From assembly GCA_002189035.1 (NCBI GenBank), contig NEEC01000010.1, positions 2,976,001 to 3,040,000 of the forward strand: a stretch of DNA of 64,000 bases, given 5' to 3'. The position numbers and the translations under genes are program-made. The notes below the pieces were generated by a model. That model had not been told where the DNA came from. It searched no databases and was given only the letters and a program-made list of their open reading frames with translations. The DNA comes from Utricularia gibba (taxonomy: Eukaryota > Plantae > Magnoliophyta). Shown in pieces: positions 24,256-40,016 of this stretch (the first letter of the stretch is position 1; each line of letters opens with the position of its first letter).

Positions 24256-27200
24256 CTAATCCCGCTACAAAGCAAGTTATTCGGTGAATATTAAAAAAAA
24301 AGGAAGTTCTGGTTGAGGGATGGAGGAGAAGGATGATGGATGCCTTACTTTCTGGCGTTTTGGACTTGGTTGGCTTGGTGGATCAGAAGAGGCATCTGGG
24401 GATGGCCGCTCATCGCCCTGAAAAAAGATGGGATTCGTGGGGACTGGGGGAGTAAGTAAATGTGATGACAATGGGTGCATATCGCTTCCTATTTAAAAAG
24501 CATACCCACCTGCATTCCACCACTGCTTGTTCCTTCAACAAACGGGAAACTGGATTCGGTTCCAGAAGCATTAGCGATCAGGGGAAGCACGTGATGCAGC
24601 ATACGAGATAAAAGTGCAGCATCATGGCCACTGGATGAAGCAGCTGACTCCTCGGCAGCACTACCCTGCGCTGCTTCAGCTGTGGCCTGAGGATCAGCGT
24701 TAGAATGAATCATATGCTCCTCGCTGGGAACTTGCTCATCTCCACGAACATTGGGAGCCTGGGAGGCGGATCCTTGAACATTGGGAGGCCCGGAAGGTAA
24801 GCTGCTATATCCTGGAAAAGGCTCCAGTCCTAAGAATTATAAAAATACTCAACTGCCACGGGCATCATTTGCTCCTACACTATTAAATCAAAGATAAAGT
24901 TGCAACTTTACCGCTGGAGGTTACAGAGTTTCCATTTTCGCGAGCAGGATCAGGATGAGTGCTATCACCAGTGTGATCACGCTGTTCTGTTGTCTGGGGA
25001 GTTCTTAGACCATTAACCGCACCAGCAAATACAGGGTGCGGCATTGCAAACTGGGGATGGAAAGTCCCAGATGGACCATACGAAGAAGAAAAACGAGCAA
25101 TAACACTTCTAACTGGAATAGACCTCCCATACGAGTCTCTGTAGCCTGAGATAGTACTGTTAGACGCATCATCTTGTTGGCCAGTTTCAGAGAACACCCC
25201 AACCTGTTCAGGGTGTGGCATAAACGCTCCTTGTAGAGTAAAAAGGAAAATGTAGAATAAAGGCGTAAGTTTCATGACTTGAGTTGAACAGCTTGCAGTC
25301 ATATCTTACTTTATCAGGATGTCACTACCTGTTCGGATTCTAATGTCAATATGTCTTGGTGGAAAACCAGAACTCGAAAGTGCAGGAGGCGAAGCATTAC
25401 CATTTTGCACCACACCAAGTGGAGGTGATCCAGCAGCTCCCCCTACTTGAAGAGGTAGAGACTGGGCATCCTATTACAAGTCAGCAAGGAGATCTTGTGA
25501 AAAAATGGAAACTTATTTTAGACATACCTGAACCATGATCTGGTTTGGGCCCGTTGCAGAAATGATAAAAGGTGGACCAGCATTGACCAATGCATCAGCC
25601 TAGAAAGGAGGGCAATGTCCCAGCTGGGAAGTTAACAAAAAAAAAAAAAAACTCATCTAAAAAAATAAATGAACAAAAGACGTGAATATATGGAATTATA
25701 CAACTTGAAAGCAGAAAAAACATACTGGTGTCCGACCCATTCTCAAGGTCATAATTGCCCTACCAAGCTCAAGCAGCAATGCTCCCAAATTTTGAAAGAG
25801 CACTCCTGATCTTACAGCTCTTGACTGTATCCTTGATCGCTCCAAATGATCAGTAATGGTAGATTGTGATTCCAATTGCCCAGCCAGTTGCTGTTGCACA
25901 CCATGGTTATCAGATTGCTTTTGTATAGAAGAGTTAATTACAACCAGCACAGGATCAAAGATTGTGAACACAAGAAATCTGCCCATAAAGTTCTCACGCA
26001 ATGAGTTTGTTTTTGGCACCAACTGTGGTTTAGTGTTAGTCTTGAAATGCATGCAAGTTTTATTGTTTCTAAATATTTTACGATGGAATCAAAATCTATA
26101 TTCCAGGACAAGCTGAATTTTAAATGTCCAAACAAGTGCGCGTATCAGCATTCACAGCTTTGACTGAGGACGTACCTGCAAACACTCAGAAGCTTGTCCA
26201 ACAAGCAGCTCTCTGGTAGATAATATTACCTCGGACAAAAATTCAGGTGAAAGGGGGATTCGGGACTCACTAGGATTTAAAACCCCACCTAACCCAAGCC
26301 CAGCATTCACAGGTGGAGCAGCATGTGCAGTCATACCTGAAATCCAAAAAAAAGGCACATTAGGGCAACGGTATGGATTAGGGGAAGGAGAGGGAGATAG
26401 ATTCAGTATATGAATTTAAATTTCACCATGCACAAGAAATTCTTGTGTCAAGTGGCCCAAGTACAGTGACAAAGTGCTCAGAGAATCAGGAACAGTCTGC
26501 AGTCATGTAAAGATGTGGTAATTCAAAAAAATGTCAACCACAAAAATCCCACATTTTCCAATGTCATAAAATCTAAATCAGAAATTACAGGTGGTTCAAT
26601 AGGGAGAGTTACTGATGCTGTTTGATCAGATGGCGATCTCCTAGATGCAATGCTTAGGAGTTCCAATGGAGAACTCTGAAAAGAAAATATGAAAGAACTG
26701 CATTGGTCCACACATAAAGGCAAGATAATGATTAAGATTACACCACTCTGGAGAAGTATCTAAACAAGATGACATCATTCTAAAATATGCCCATAAGCTT
26801 GCCTGAAGATCAGCCCCCTCCCCACCACTTCCATATCTTGTGAAACCAACTGAATCGAACACTGCAGAGACAATCTACAGAACCAAAAAAAAAAAAAAGA
26901 CATAGATTCACACATCATAACCAGAGTTATGAGGTTATCCCCTTGCGTACCCGGTTCAAATCAGGAAATGCTCCATCTCCATCTCCATCTCCATCTTCTA
27001 CTACATTGAAGGTTCCAATCAATGTTCCCGGCCCTGATTGGTGGCTTGAATTGGATTGTGTACCACTTTCTCCTGCATATAGCGTGAAAAGGATCTTCTA
27101 AAACTAGTTTCACTAATTCAAAATACACCATGAAAAATAACTGAAGAAGAATAGCAGCAGCATTATGGTTATACACTGGGAAAAAAAGTGATGACTATAC

Positions 27201-28080
27201 AGAAAGTTTTATTCGGAATCACAGAACCAAAAACTGCCTTGCTGATGAACGAAAACCAGCATCATACAACAATGCTGGTGTTAACCACAATGTGACGTGC
27301 AACAGAAATAGAAATAACGTGATTCGCACAGAGCAACAACCGAATTGGATCTACCACATTAGCATACAAAAGGCTAATCTCTATGTAAATTATGAAAGAG
27401 CCAACAAAGTAACTAAAACCTGCATCTGCTGGCGTTATTGGGAATGGAGAAATGGGTTGCCTAACAACGAGGTGTAGGGTGTGACCATCTTCAACATCTA
27501 CAAGAATAAATGTCATGGAACACCAAATAAACAAACTATTAAAAACAAGAGCATCTTTAAGCCATCTATTTCCGTAAATCTATATGCATAGAAGATGCTG
27601 AGAGGAGTTGGATACGATAGGCTGAGAGAAGTTCGTCATCCTTCAAGACTCTTCCACGGCATATAAGATGTTGTTGCTCTATCAGGACACCCGTTAAAGA
27701 AGCAATCTGTCTTTTAAGTTCAGGAACAGGCACCTGCATCGAAAGCAAGAGAGCATCAAATAAAAACAAAAAGACAGTAGGAAAACAAACAAACTGGATA
27801 TGGTTCAAAATGAATAAGACGTCATGGCCACGAGATGATCCATTATTACTTTCTTTACCTAATAATGTAATTACTACAAAAAAACTATCAGCAGTCACAA
27901 TATGAGGCAAAAAAAGTGTACTTATAGATAGGGAACAGAGGTATATATTACGCATTTATCAACTCGCAATGAGAAAGTCTGTGAATCTAAAATCTTGATT
28001 TTAATCTCAACCGTTGTCCCAGAACATTCAGCTCTCTCATTTACAGGCACTTTCATTTGCTCTTCACCGTCAATTCCCAT
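24256..28080 (-). CDS. Ubiquitin-like-domain protein, BAG6/Scythe/CIP73-like, multi-exon
   Basis: N-terminal UBL: TTVEIKIKILDSQTFSLRVDKC-VPVPELKRQIASLTGV..QQHLICRGRVLKDDELLSAY-HVEDGHTLHLVVRQP; ALLLELGRAIMTLRMGRTP; long low-complexity body; C-terminal PSPKRQK (NLS-like). Internal exon boundaries only partly traced. Confidence 0.85.
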
Positions 28081-29075
28081 CTTATCCAAGTACCTAAATG
28101 AGAAAAAAATCATCCAAAATAAAAGCTTCCATTGTTATGCATACTAATATACAATACAAGCATACAGGTGAATCATAAAATCCAGTACCTCTAAATCTTG
28201 GAACTGGAGTAAGTAACCAGAACTGGTCGTCTTGGAACACTTACAAGTTTTGAAAGATCAATTCTCTTACAAGCAGGGTTGGCAACCAAGACCTGTTTTC
28301 AATAGACCAGCAAGAATCAACCCGAACAAAAAAAAAAAAAAAGGAATCGACAACACGATGAATTCAAAAGGTACCAAGAAAACAAGAAAGATTCTCCAAG
28401 AAATGTTACTCTCTGGATTCAACTCCGGGACGAAGCAGAGGATCGGTTGAGGTACAACAACAGAGGAGACGAACCGCTGAAGCAGGTAGCGCTGTGAAGG
28501 GCCTCTGGCCCTCCCCTCATGGACCATTCCATCAAACTGATTAAATTTAAACAACGTTCGTTTAATTTAAATTAAATTTATCGCATTTTATATTTTTTAA
28601 ATTATTTAACATTAAAAAGCACTACAAAATTCCCTGAAATATTACTTTTCAATCATGAGCTTGACGAGACATAATATTTAATTTCATTAATTAAATATAT
28701 ATAACACTTTTGTTATTAAATATGCCAATTATGATAAAAGAAAAACACATTTATAGGTGAATTTAATTAATCCTTTGACACAAACGACAATATTATGCTT
28801 TTCTACATAAAAAGGTTTTATCCATATTACTCACTTTTTTATTTTTAAAAATATTATAATTAGGCAAAAATATATTCTTAAATGAATATAATGATTAATT
28901 ATTTTTAAAATAATATATTTTATTAAACACATCTAAATGTTACCAAGTATCTCATTTCTATGCAAACTAATGTCAGGAGCTCATCCTTGTCTAATCTGAA
29001 GCAAATTAAAACATTATATTAAATGAAATTAATATTCAACCCCAAATTAATCAATGTATGTATATAGGAATGATC

Positions 29076-29097
29076 ATATATATATATATATATATAT
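29076..29097. repeat. (AT)n microsatellite in AT-rich intergenic DNA
   Basis: Uninterrupted AT dinucleotide run; a shorter run lies near 29268-29282. Confidence 0.9.
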
Positions 29098-29867
29098 GCA
29101 AGTTTAGATAATATTACACATTAATTATGAATAAAATAAAAGATGTGTTTAAATAAAAAAAATTCTTATAATCTTATACAATATTTTTTCTCATAAAAAA
29201 ATAATATAAAGCTATGAGGACATAATATACATAATTGATAATTTTGTATTGTATATCACGATATTTGATATATATATATATACATTATTTGTGAAAAATG
29301 GAATTTTAATAGTTTTTTCAAAGAACATGTACGGACCCCAATGTATGTTAATGAAACTCATCCTATAAAAATATGCTTGATTTTAAATTTATTTTTATTT
29401 TCCATGTATCTAAACATATGATCGTAAATTTTATATAATTGATGTGTTCAGTAGATATTTTTTAGGGATATTTCATTTAGTTTTTAAATAATTTAAAAAT
29501 TATAAATCATTTATATAAATGGTTTGTAGTTTGAATGATTTGATTGTGATTCAAATTGTATTTAAATTATTTGTTTTTTTTTAACAAAAACATGTTTTAA
29601 TATTTCATTAATTTAAAAATTACAATGCAGGTTATTAAATAATGATTCGAAGATCCCTTTGATTTTTCTTTTTATTTTTTGTTAAATTAAGTTATTTTGA
29701 TTAAACAAACAGAAATAGAAACTGCTTTTGCAGGCAAGATACTTGGAGTTGAATTTGGAAGCTTGAGCTTTTGCTGTTCAGTTATCAGAAGATTTGGTTC
29801 ACAAAATCTGGGGTCAGCAACAAAGGCTCTGAAACTAAAATGGAACACGAACAGAATCAATGTCGTC

Positions 29868-30975
29868 TCAGCCAGAGCCCTGAAACTCCTTCGGCTCCAC
29901 GAGCATGTATATTGGCCTTCCATTGAGCCTCTTCTGCCCCTGAAACTGCGCACCAGAGTGTTGAAAGGAGAGCAAGGGGAATGAAGACGGAAGAGTTATC
30001 AGGGAACTACCATGGCCGCCGGGACGCCGATGACGCAGGCGCATTCGATGACCTCAGCCCCCATCGTCTCTGAGCACCATCAACAGAGCACAGATCATGG
30101 TCAGCCGGCGGTGAAAAGGGGAGGTAGAGAGGTTTCGGTAAGGGGCTAACCTATGAGCTTGATTGCGGCAGATAAGGTACCGCCGGTTGCGATCAGATCG
30201 TCCACGATCACTGCCTTGTCCCCTTTCTCCACGGCGTCAGTGTGCATCTCCAGGCAGTCTTTCCCGTATTCCAGATCGTAGTACTGGGAGATCACTTCTC
30301 CTGAGCATTTAATCGAACATCTGTCAGCATATGCCAGAACCGCGAGTAACGGAAGGATCCGGAGAGTTGATTACCGGGGAGCTTCCCACGTTTCCGGAGA
30401 GGAACAAATTTAGCACCGATGGCTAGAGCAATGGAGGGGCCAAACATGAATCCTCGGGCTTCAACACCTAATTGAAATCATTCATCTGGGGATCAGAATC
30501 TTAATCTACGCCCACAAAACGAGAACTAGAAACTTCAACACCCAATTGAAATCATTCATCTGGGATCAGAATCTTAATCTACGCCAACAAAACGCGAAGG
30601 AGAGATTGATTTCTCCTAGTCTGAAGCATGAACAGCTGAAGAATCGTCAAGAAATCAAGAAGGATGATCAACCAGAGGATGCAGTTAGGGTTTCCAAACC
30701 TGCAACAACGGAGATACCCTTGTCCCTGTACCGCTCAACAAAAATGTCGACTGTATGTTTGAAAACCTCGGGGTTCGTGAACAAAGGGGTGATATCTTGG
30801 AACATTATCCCTGCAAGAGCAACAAAATGCATGTGAAAACAATCAGGAAAGCTGAAGAAGGAAACAAATGGGTCGCCGAAAGACCTGGTTTTGGGAAGTG
30901 GGGAATGACTCTTATCGTTTCATAGATCGCCCGGAGCCTGGGATCTCCTCTCAACCCATTTTCTTCAGCGAACAT
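29868..30975 (-). CDS. APT: Adenine phosphoribosyltransferase (APT2/3/5 clade), 6 exons
   Basis: [35 protein letters not shown]; [11 protein letters not shown]; LRKRGKLPG; PRPP-binding [11 protein letters not shown]; ECACVIG; [10 protein letters not shown]. Confidence 0.95.
30459..30598. repeat. About 74-bp imperfect tandem duplication spanning an APT 3' splice site
   Basis: CTTCAACACCTAATTGAAATCATTCATCTGGGGATCAGAATCTTAATCTACGCC from 30459, and CTTCAACACCCAATTGAAATCATTCATCTGGGATCAGAATCTTAATCTACGCC from 30533. Confidence 0.92.
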
Positions 30976-31520
30976 TTCCATTTCCCTGTTGGTGACTGAG
31001 GAAGAAGAGAAGAGCACCCAACCTCCTTCCCCGCTGTGTATAAATCCGTCTCTCCCCCCTGTGCTTCTGTATCGTGGCCTGGCGCCAACGCGAAGTCACA
31101 GTGCTTCTGTTAAAACAACGCCATGAAATCCAAAACCCATCTCACATTTGACAATCTGGATCTTCCCAATTCGTTTTTTTTCGTGAATTAAATGCTTTCT
31201 TGCAAGAATTTAGAAGCAATGAAGTTGACGGCTATAAGGAGTCAGAGAATCCAATGAGCTCAGCTTTTAAGATCGTGGGTGTGGTCCCTGTTTCTGCGCT
31301 TCAATTCTCACCCATGGAGTCAAACCCCACCAAATAATATTTTAATGCCCTGCAAGATTGAGCTCAGATTCTCCCTCACACTACTAAAGACTAAATCTTT
31401 GTGTATGGAGAAAAACGTATGCGTTCAAGAGAAAAACAAAAGAAGTCTGGTCCAAATTCAATAAATTGTCTGCAGGAAGAATCTAATCAGCTTATCTCTG
31501 CTGGTCCTTCCCCTGCCTCC

Positions 31521-34075
31521 TCACTTCACTATCTCAATTAATGTCATTGCAGCGAACAGAAGAAAGAGACTCCCACCAATGTATGCAATGCTCTGTTCGA
31601 TATTCCAAGAGTGATTCTTTTTCTTGTATATGTGAGAGATAAATGCATCAAGGAAAGAGATGAGCGGCTACACGTAGAAGCTAACCTTCTCAGAAAGGAA
31701 TGTTCCAAGGAAAGAACCTCCTACAACAGCAAGCTGCAAAAGAAAGTAAAAGATCTCCCACTTTAATGTGATCATGATTTGTGGGATTCTTTTGTTGAAT
31801 ATGAAGATGAAAATGTATACCAATGTGGCAACTCCATGGCCAGCAACAGCACCGGTGACAACTCCGAGTGGCGATGAGGCAGCAGCAAGAGCTGGATGAG
31901 TGCCGTTTGATCCATTAGATCAAGAGTTCAAAGGCACATAAAGACAGAACGCCAGCTAAATGTGTATATGGAACGAACTAAGCGCACCAATTGTTGAAAA
32001 GAATGACTTGTCACCCCATTCGGCAATGAAGACTAAAAGGAATGTGCTAACTAAGGTATTGGCAGCAGCCAGAATCCCAGCTCCGGAACCAGAAACTTCT
32101 GATACTGCTATCTCCGCCTTAATGATCATGAAAATACATTCTTAGCTTCTCAATGCAATGGGAACCATTCATCAATGATATTTCAGGTCATATATACCTC
32201 CTTTTGTTCTTCTTCTGCTTTTTTACCGTCACTGGAGGAGGCTTCGACCAAGGATGAAATACCAAAATACACCTTTAACCAATCACAAGTTCTAGCACAA
32301 GTCATGGACCTACACTTTTTTCTGAAATTTTGTCTGAAATACTTTTTGGAGCTAAGATTGGTTCTTTACCAAGAGGCAAACGGCAGCAAGATCATCAATT
32401 GGCAAATCTGAATCTCCCAACCTGAAGAAAAGGAAATTTGTAGGAATGACTCAGCTTCTATTCATGAAACCTCATCACAATCCAGATATTTTTAGCAATG
32501 CAAATGATGAAAAAGTACATGCGCCGCTAACCTGAATGGAAGGAGGCCATCCACATAATGAAAAGTCCTCCCAAGAGCAACAGATATAATAGTCATCACC
32601 CTGCGCAGATTAAAAAACACGATGTTGAGGCAAGTTAATTCATGAAAGCTTGAGGTAGCCGTTCAACTAACAAAATTTCAGATCGGGTTTTTTTTTTTTT
32701 TTGATTTTACTGTAGAACTTGAAGTAGCTTGAATTGATGAGAAAATCCTCCAGAAATAACTTACGTTAGAGCACCAAAAGTACCCGTGAAAGTCACAGCA
32801 GCAGAGTTCCTAGCTGCTAGAAGCGCCTGATGAGAGGATCAAATGAAGGAAGTCACAATACACCTCGGTATAAGTGAAGAATGCAGACACATGCAAGTGA
32901 CTTGTCCTTACCGCTATAAAGAAGGTTTTATCACCAAGTTCACTAAAGAATATCAACAAGAATGCCTGCGAGAAAGAACATGATTGATGGACTGAAAGTT
33001 GTGAAAAACTCATGTAAGCTGATGAAATCAAAATGTCTGGTTCTAACGACGCGAACAACACTAGAAAACATTTCTATCATAGTAACAACAAGAGTTCAAG
33101 GAGAATTTCCTAACTGAAGCAAAACCTGAGCTAATGTCGCCGAGATCTTGCAGAAACTGGAAAGTTTGCGGGCCACTAGCAACATCAGCAATTGCAATTG
33201 CTTGTTGAGCTGCTGGGAAAGTGAAAACTCCACACAGCAACAAAAGTTTCAAAAACTTCAGGGATGGATCAGTAAGAATTTGGTTATCCGATAACGCCTT
33301 GACTTTATTCCTTGGCACGCTAAGCATTTCCATTTTTTCAGGATACCTCACTCCAGAAGTATGAGTAACCAGTGGGATGTTGTAGTGCTTCTTTTTCCTT
33401 GTCGTGGGTGCCTAAGCACATACAGGCTACTTAGATAATCTGTTACAACTTTATTTGGGGTACTATGGAGAATTAGTACATTTTGCAATTATCAAGAAAT
33501 CATCCAGAAATTGCTCCACCTTCTTCACTTCGGCAGCAACGGTGAAAGGCAGTACGTGAGGACCATATGAGGATTTCCGTGGAAAAACATTCCCTGCGGT
33601 GAAGACAAAACTAATTAGCAGTTAGCAACTTCAGCTTCTCCACATGGGCATTCGCTCGCTGAACCATTCCATATCCAAAAACAAGATCTTTTCATGGCCA
33701 CTACCAATGAAACCATCAAATCTCGCTTACGATGCAACAAATACATGTCGATAAACGAATTCGAAAATTGGCGTTACACGGCAAAAAAAAAAAAAAAAAA
33801 AAAAGGAAAAGTGGGTCATTAGCAAAAATTCAGTTACAAATTCGTCCAGTCACAGGAACAATAAAAAAACCTTTTTCATTCCGGCGATCATCCCTTAATC
33901 TCCAGAGAGGGGCCGCGAAGCGAATCCCATCGAGCAGAATGTAAACCATTTAAGGGCAAAAATGGGCTAAAAGATCCAGCAGCAGGGCTAATTTCTTGTG
34001 AGGAAGAAAGACCTGGAGTAGAAGTACTAGGAAAGGGAATGCTGGAAGAAAAATGGTGGCCGTTAACCGGTTCAT
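31521..34075 (-). CDS. PAM71: GDT1/UPF0016 family Mn2+/Ca2+ transporter, chloroplast (PAM71-like); start codon and first exons uncertain
   Basis: DLGDISSGFAS-AFLLIFFSELGDKTFFIA and second motif VFIAEWGDKSFFST; AGHGVATL; GTFLSEK; end TLIEIVK*. ATG 34075 is tentative and needs a frame correction to give a transit-peptide-like sequence. Confidence 0.88.
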
Positions 34076-34100
34076 CGGCGAGGAGTAAAGAGATAACACC

Positions 34101-34240
34101 GACGTGGCTTCGCGATGTACACGTGTAACAGGGAGCTACCGTTCTGCTGATTTGGCCGATGAATCAACTTCCGGTCCCGGCATCCCACCATTGGGCCTGA
34201 GCTCGGCCCATAGAATTGGGCTTTTGCTCTAGACCCATAA
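34101..34240. promoter_or_regulatory. Shared (divergent) promoter between PAM71-like and UAP56
   Basis: GACGTGGC 34101-34108, CACGTG 34120-34125, site II TGGGCC 34192, GGCCCA 34205, TGGGCT 34217, between head-to-head genes. Confidence 0.6.
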
Positions 34241-34578
34241 TGTAATTACAGAATTTCTAATGGGCAAATATGTCATTTGTCGAAACCCTCGGTCATGTAG
34301 AGTGAAGAGCCGGGAGCCCTATCCCGTTCTCGTTTGTTTCTGCCTTTTTTTTTTTCTCGATCTTCGTCTGCGGTGTGTCGTAACGATTTTCTCTGCAGAA
34401 GTTTGGACTTTTTTTTCTTTTTTCGTTTCGATTTAAAGTTCTACTTCGTTTAGCTTTCCACTTGAACAGGTAAGCAGCTCGGCGATTATTAGGGTTTCGT
34501 TTTTTCCCCTTTCTGCGGAACATATGGAATTTCTGTAGGATTTTATGGCTGATATGTTTGTATCACGGGGACAGGTAA

Positions 34579-37536
<2,958 letters not shown>

Positions 37537-38558
37537 ATCCTGGCGATGTGCGTCGTCACCCCAGCGGCTTGGAGCTGTGGAAGTAGTTCCCTCTTTTCGA
37601 CCAGTGACTTGTATTCTCGAATTTACTATTCAAGTTTTACAGTTGGTTCTAGGAGCCGGGTTGTTGTAAGAGTATGCCGTCGTGTATCCATCCCTTGTCT
37701 GCACTCGTTCACCAGCTAGGAGGATAATGCATTTCCGAACTTTTAAAATTCAAATTGTGAATCATTTCAAAAATTAGAACGGGGTGGTACCATCAACTAC
37801 TATGATTGATAATGTGAACTGATGATGAGGCCTATGATGTAAAAACACTGAGGCTCGGCAAAACAGCAGTAACTTGATAGCGCAACACCCCCATGCTCCA
37901 AAATTCCAAAACTGGTATCTACAGGAGGGCAAGTAACTCACCTGTGGTAGGGCTGCATAAGTCAATGCATTGGGAGGCATAGAGGAGAGTAGGAAAAGCT
38001 GGTTGAAACGTCATTTTCTGGCAGTTAAACATAAGCAACTGAAATAGCAGTCAGCCCAGGAAGTTACTGAGAATAGCTCAACCTCTTTTTCAGGTCATTA
38101 ATCAACGCCAGCCCTACAAAGACTGTAGCATAGCAGCAACCATGATTGCAGAAAATAAGACTTCATTTTAAACTATGGAAACCCGGCTGTCTTTTTTGGT
38201 CAAGGTACTAGGAAGAACCTAAGAGAAGCATGGGAACGAGGTTCAACAGCTATTGCCTAAATCCAATTTTCCACTGGTGATAACTCAAATTTCACGGATC
38301 AGACTGTAACCAACTTGGATGGAGTGGGATCCAATTTTAAAGTAAACCGTGTCGGAGCAAAGAGTAATGTAGAACATGTTAACTAACAAGGAGAGACAGA
38401 TGGAAAACAAAGACACTGCACTTGTATGTAGTGATGGAAAAAGGATGGTAAAAACCAAAAAAATAAACATAATTAAGTGTATAGATCCACTGGAGAACAT
38501 CAAGCCACAAGGTAATAAGGACAATTTATTCCAATCAGGAGTTAAAAGACTCAGTAAA

Positions 38559-39611
38559 TCAAGCTTGTGTATCACTCTTTTTCGCTGTTCCATCCCCACC
38601 TACCTCAGCTAACAGTTTTCCACCAGCTTCTTCATCTTCTGGCGCCTTTTTCTGAGATTCGTTTGCCTTCAAAGCCTGCAATTTCGAGTGATTATAGTAC
38701 CCAACTCCCAGGAACGCAAGCCCATATCCAAACAAATTCAGTGGCGTCACGGTGTCCTTGATGACTGACCAAGAGAAAGCAATCAACAACCAATCTTTAA
38801 CAACTCCAGCAACATTCATTGTCAAAGCAGAGGTTTTCCCAACCAACAAAAACACAGCCAGGTTCAGAGCAAAGGCACATAGTGAATTCGTCCCAAAAAC
38901 GAGGATATCAAAGTGAAGCTCAGAAATCTGGCTCCTCAACATGGGCAATTCAACGAAAATCCATGGAATTGCAAGAAATGCGAAGCAGCTTGGTGCCACA
39001 TAGTAAAGAGATGTAATGGGGTTTAATGTGATTCCCTTAGAAGTCAACAAGATCTGAATCATGACTAATCTTGTTGCCTCAAATGCCACGGCTCCCAACT
39101 GAAGAAACACACCCCATGAGTCGTACTTTGCCTCGCCATAAGCAGCAATTGCAACTCCAAGAGAAATAGAAACCATGTTAGACATGGTGGTAGGCTTATA
39201 ACTATCCTTCTTGAACAAAATCCCGATCGTATAAACAGCAACCGGCATCAGGGCTTTGAGCATTTGAATGAAAGACACAGAAAGATAGATGTACGCCGAG
39301 TTTGAAAGCCACAGAGACAGAGAATAAAGGGCGCCAATTGGAAGAACCGAGGTGAAGTAGACGCGGCGAGTAAGAGCAACTGGCTCCACAAGTTTGAAAA
39401 CCCGGACAGCGGCGAAGGCAAGGGAGGAGCAAAAGGCCATGTGAATCATGGTCAAGGAGATGGGATAGGGCCAATTGTAGAGCTTCCTGTCGAGAATGTA
39501 TTTATTGTAGACGATGACGGTGAAGGAGAGGAAGATCCATACCGCTACGTAGGTGTAGGACAAGACGATCTTTTTCACGATCCCTTCAGACAGCGCGCCG
39601 CCTGTACCCAT
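38559..39611 (-). CDS. Nucleotide-sugar transporter (TPT/DMT family), UDP-arabinofuranose-transporter-like clade; intronless
   Basis: 350-aa ORF with about 10 hydrophobic segments; [17 protein letters not shown]; [17 protein letters not shown]; [20 protein letters not shown]. The substrate is inferred from clade only. Confidence 0.92.
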   Translation of the reverse strand: MGTGGALSEGIVKKIVLSYTYVAVWIFLSFTVIVYNKYILDRKLYNWPYPISLTMIHMAFCSSLAFAAVRVFKLVEPVALTRRVYFTSVLPIGALYSLSLWLSNSAYIYLSVSFIQMLKALMPVAVYTIGILFKKDSYKPTTMSNMVSISLGVAIAAYGEAKYDSWGVFLQLGAVAFEATRLVMIQILLTSKGITLNPITSLYYVAPSCFAFLAIPWIFVELPMLRSQISELHFDILVFGTNSLCAFALNLAVFLLVGKTSALTMNVAGVVKDWLLIAFSWSVIKDTVTPLNLFGYGLAFLGVGYYNHSKLQALKANESQKKAPEDEEAGGKLLAEVGGDGTAKKSDTQA

Positions 39612-40016
39612 GTCGACGGTGAAGACAGATCCCGGTAGCCCGAGATCGACGAGAAACTAACAAACTCAGTTTCCGGTCAGCCCACGGCGTGAAAAGGGCG
39701 GAGCGAAGGTGGGAATAGTGAAACCTGAGTTTAATGATGACCCTGTCAAGGGTAGCCGCTGACCAAAGAAGGTTGGTAATCACATTTTTAATGAGCTTGG
39801 GCTGGAAATGCTTCGGAATATCCGCCTCTATCGGGCCTGAAACTTAGGCCCAAATATTTTCCGTACGTAGATATTTCACAAGATTTTACCATATTTACCG
39901 AGTTACCGTCTCCAGTTACCGCTTCATTGAAAATGCCTCGCAAATTTTGATGCATACTACAAACAGTTAACCGCTAGATTTTTACTGCCTGCAACTCCTC
40001 CCAAAATCTCCCTTCT

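Noticed and set aside
26969-26998. (CTCCAT)n repeat giving the RWRWRW ORF 26961-27176
   Set aside because: Simple repeat inside the BAG6-like locus; the ORF has no family signal.
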